Origin: Psammoneis japonica
Taxonomy: Eukaryota
DNA: 48,011 bases
Assembly: GCA_008632985.1 (NCBI GenBank)
Contig: QPGO01000011.1
Location: 806,001-854,011 of the forward strand
Direction: 5' to 3'
Positions 47,379 through 48,011 of this stretch are shown one piece after another (within the stretch, counting starts at the first letter, position 1; every line of letters begins with the position of its first letter). The notes beneath the pieces are model-generated. The model worked only from the letters and a program-made list of their open reading frames with translations, was not told the DNA's origin and did not search any database. The translations under genes and the position numbers were made by a program.

Positions 47379-48011
47379 TGCAAACAGCAAGCGTCACAGT
47401 GAAAACAAACCAAGACAAGTTTGTTCCAGTAGAAACTGTCACTCGGAGAACGCTCGGGCGAATGCTTGAGTTTTGCAGAAGTTCCGAAGGCCCTGGTGCA
47501 AAACAACCATAAAACGATGCATGAGAAGCAACCAGAAAAATACAGGTGCGCGGTGACGCGTGAAAAAAAACATGATAGAATGACTTGCCAAATTCGAAAT
47601 GAGAGAACACAAAGAGATGGTGTCATCCGCAATGACAGCAAACTCTTTAGAGCCACAATCGCACTGCGACAACAATGATGTGACTTTGAAATGAAAGGAA
47701 CAGGCGGTTCCATACAACCACAAGGGCAAAGAGGGGGTTGTGGAGTGGTGACAGCGGTGTGCTGCGTCATGGCTGGTGTGTGTTGGGTGGACGGCACATG
47801 TTCGTAGAAGTCAGTGTTGTTCTGCGCATCGCCAGAAAAACATTAAATGCCAACTGACATGATTCTTCCTGTGACGCATCATGCACCTTGGTTGTTGCAC
47901 ATGAGCGTTGACATCACAAATGTGTTGCGTCATTGGAACAATCAATGTTTGCACAAAGCCAAAAAGTGCGAGCTCTGCGGGTGGAGACAAAAATGTCTGG
48001 CACTGAAAACT

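Larger units (their letters stand above)
32700..48011. other. Large TpA-depleted transposon domain (runs off the window end)
   Basis: About 5 TA per kb by hand count in 39.56-48.0 kb, against about 22 TA in the first 600 bp of the window. The dense Cys/His-rich ORFs in all six frames result from missing TAA/TAG. Confidence 0.9.

Noticed and set aside
47115..47390. N-terminal 92 aa of the 1331-aa ORF
   Set aside because: Non-ATG start running through a duplicated segment. It is probably open only because stops were erased.

Overview
Eukaryotic genomic DNA with short GT-AG introns. The gene families suggest a diatom, but this is inference. The window has two sharply different compartments. (1) Ordinary genes: a MON2-like protein (5'-truncated), a membrane LRR protein, CAF-1 subunit B, a Bax-inhibitor-1/Lifeguard protein, guanylate kinase, a YheT/ABHD hydrolase, SpoU and TRM13 RNA methyltransferases, and a potato-inhibitor-I protein. 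Four consecutive frameshifted genes follow: a secreted protein, a PAP2 phosphatase, a DUF3431-like gene and a GLUG/HYR-repeat protein. (2) Blocks almost free of the TpA dinucleotide, at ~10.55-15.2 kb, ~16.7-17.35 kb and ~32.7-48.0 kb. These hold TIR elements, a piggyBac-like MITE, a Ty1/copia relic, and a Sola2-like transposon paired with a GNAT/cysteine-protease-like ORF. Conserved Tyr residues of these elements read as Cys or His. A ~100-bp repeat present once outside and once inside such a block differs mainly by TA->CA. The best candidate for an undescribed system is therefore a repeat-targeted TpA->TpG/CpA (A:T->G:C) hypermutation process, an 'inverse RIP', acting alongside CpG decay. 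TAG/CTA-saturated islands upstream of several host genes show the opposite composition. All counts are by-eye and approximate. Family assignments come from motif recognition, not database searches.
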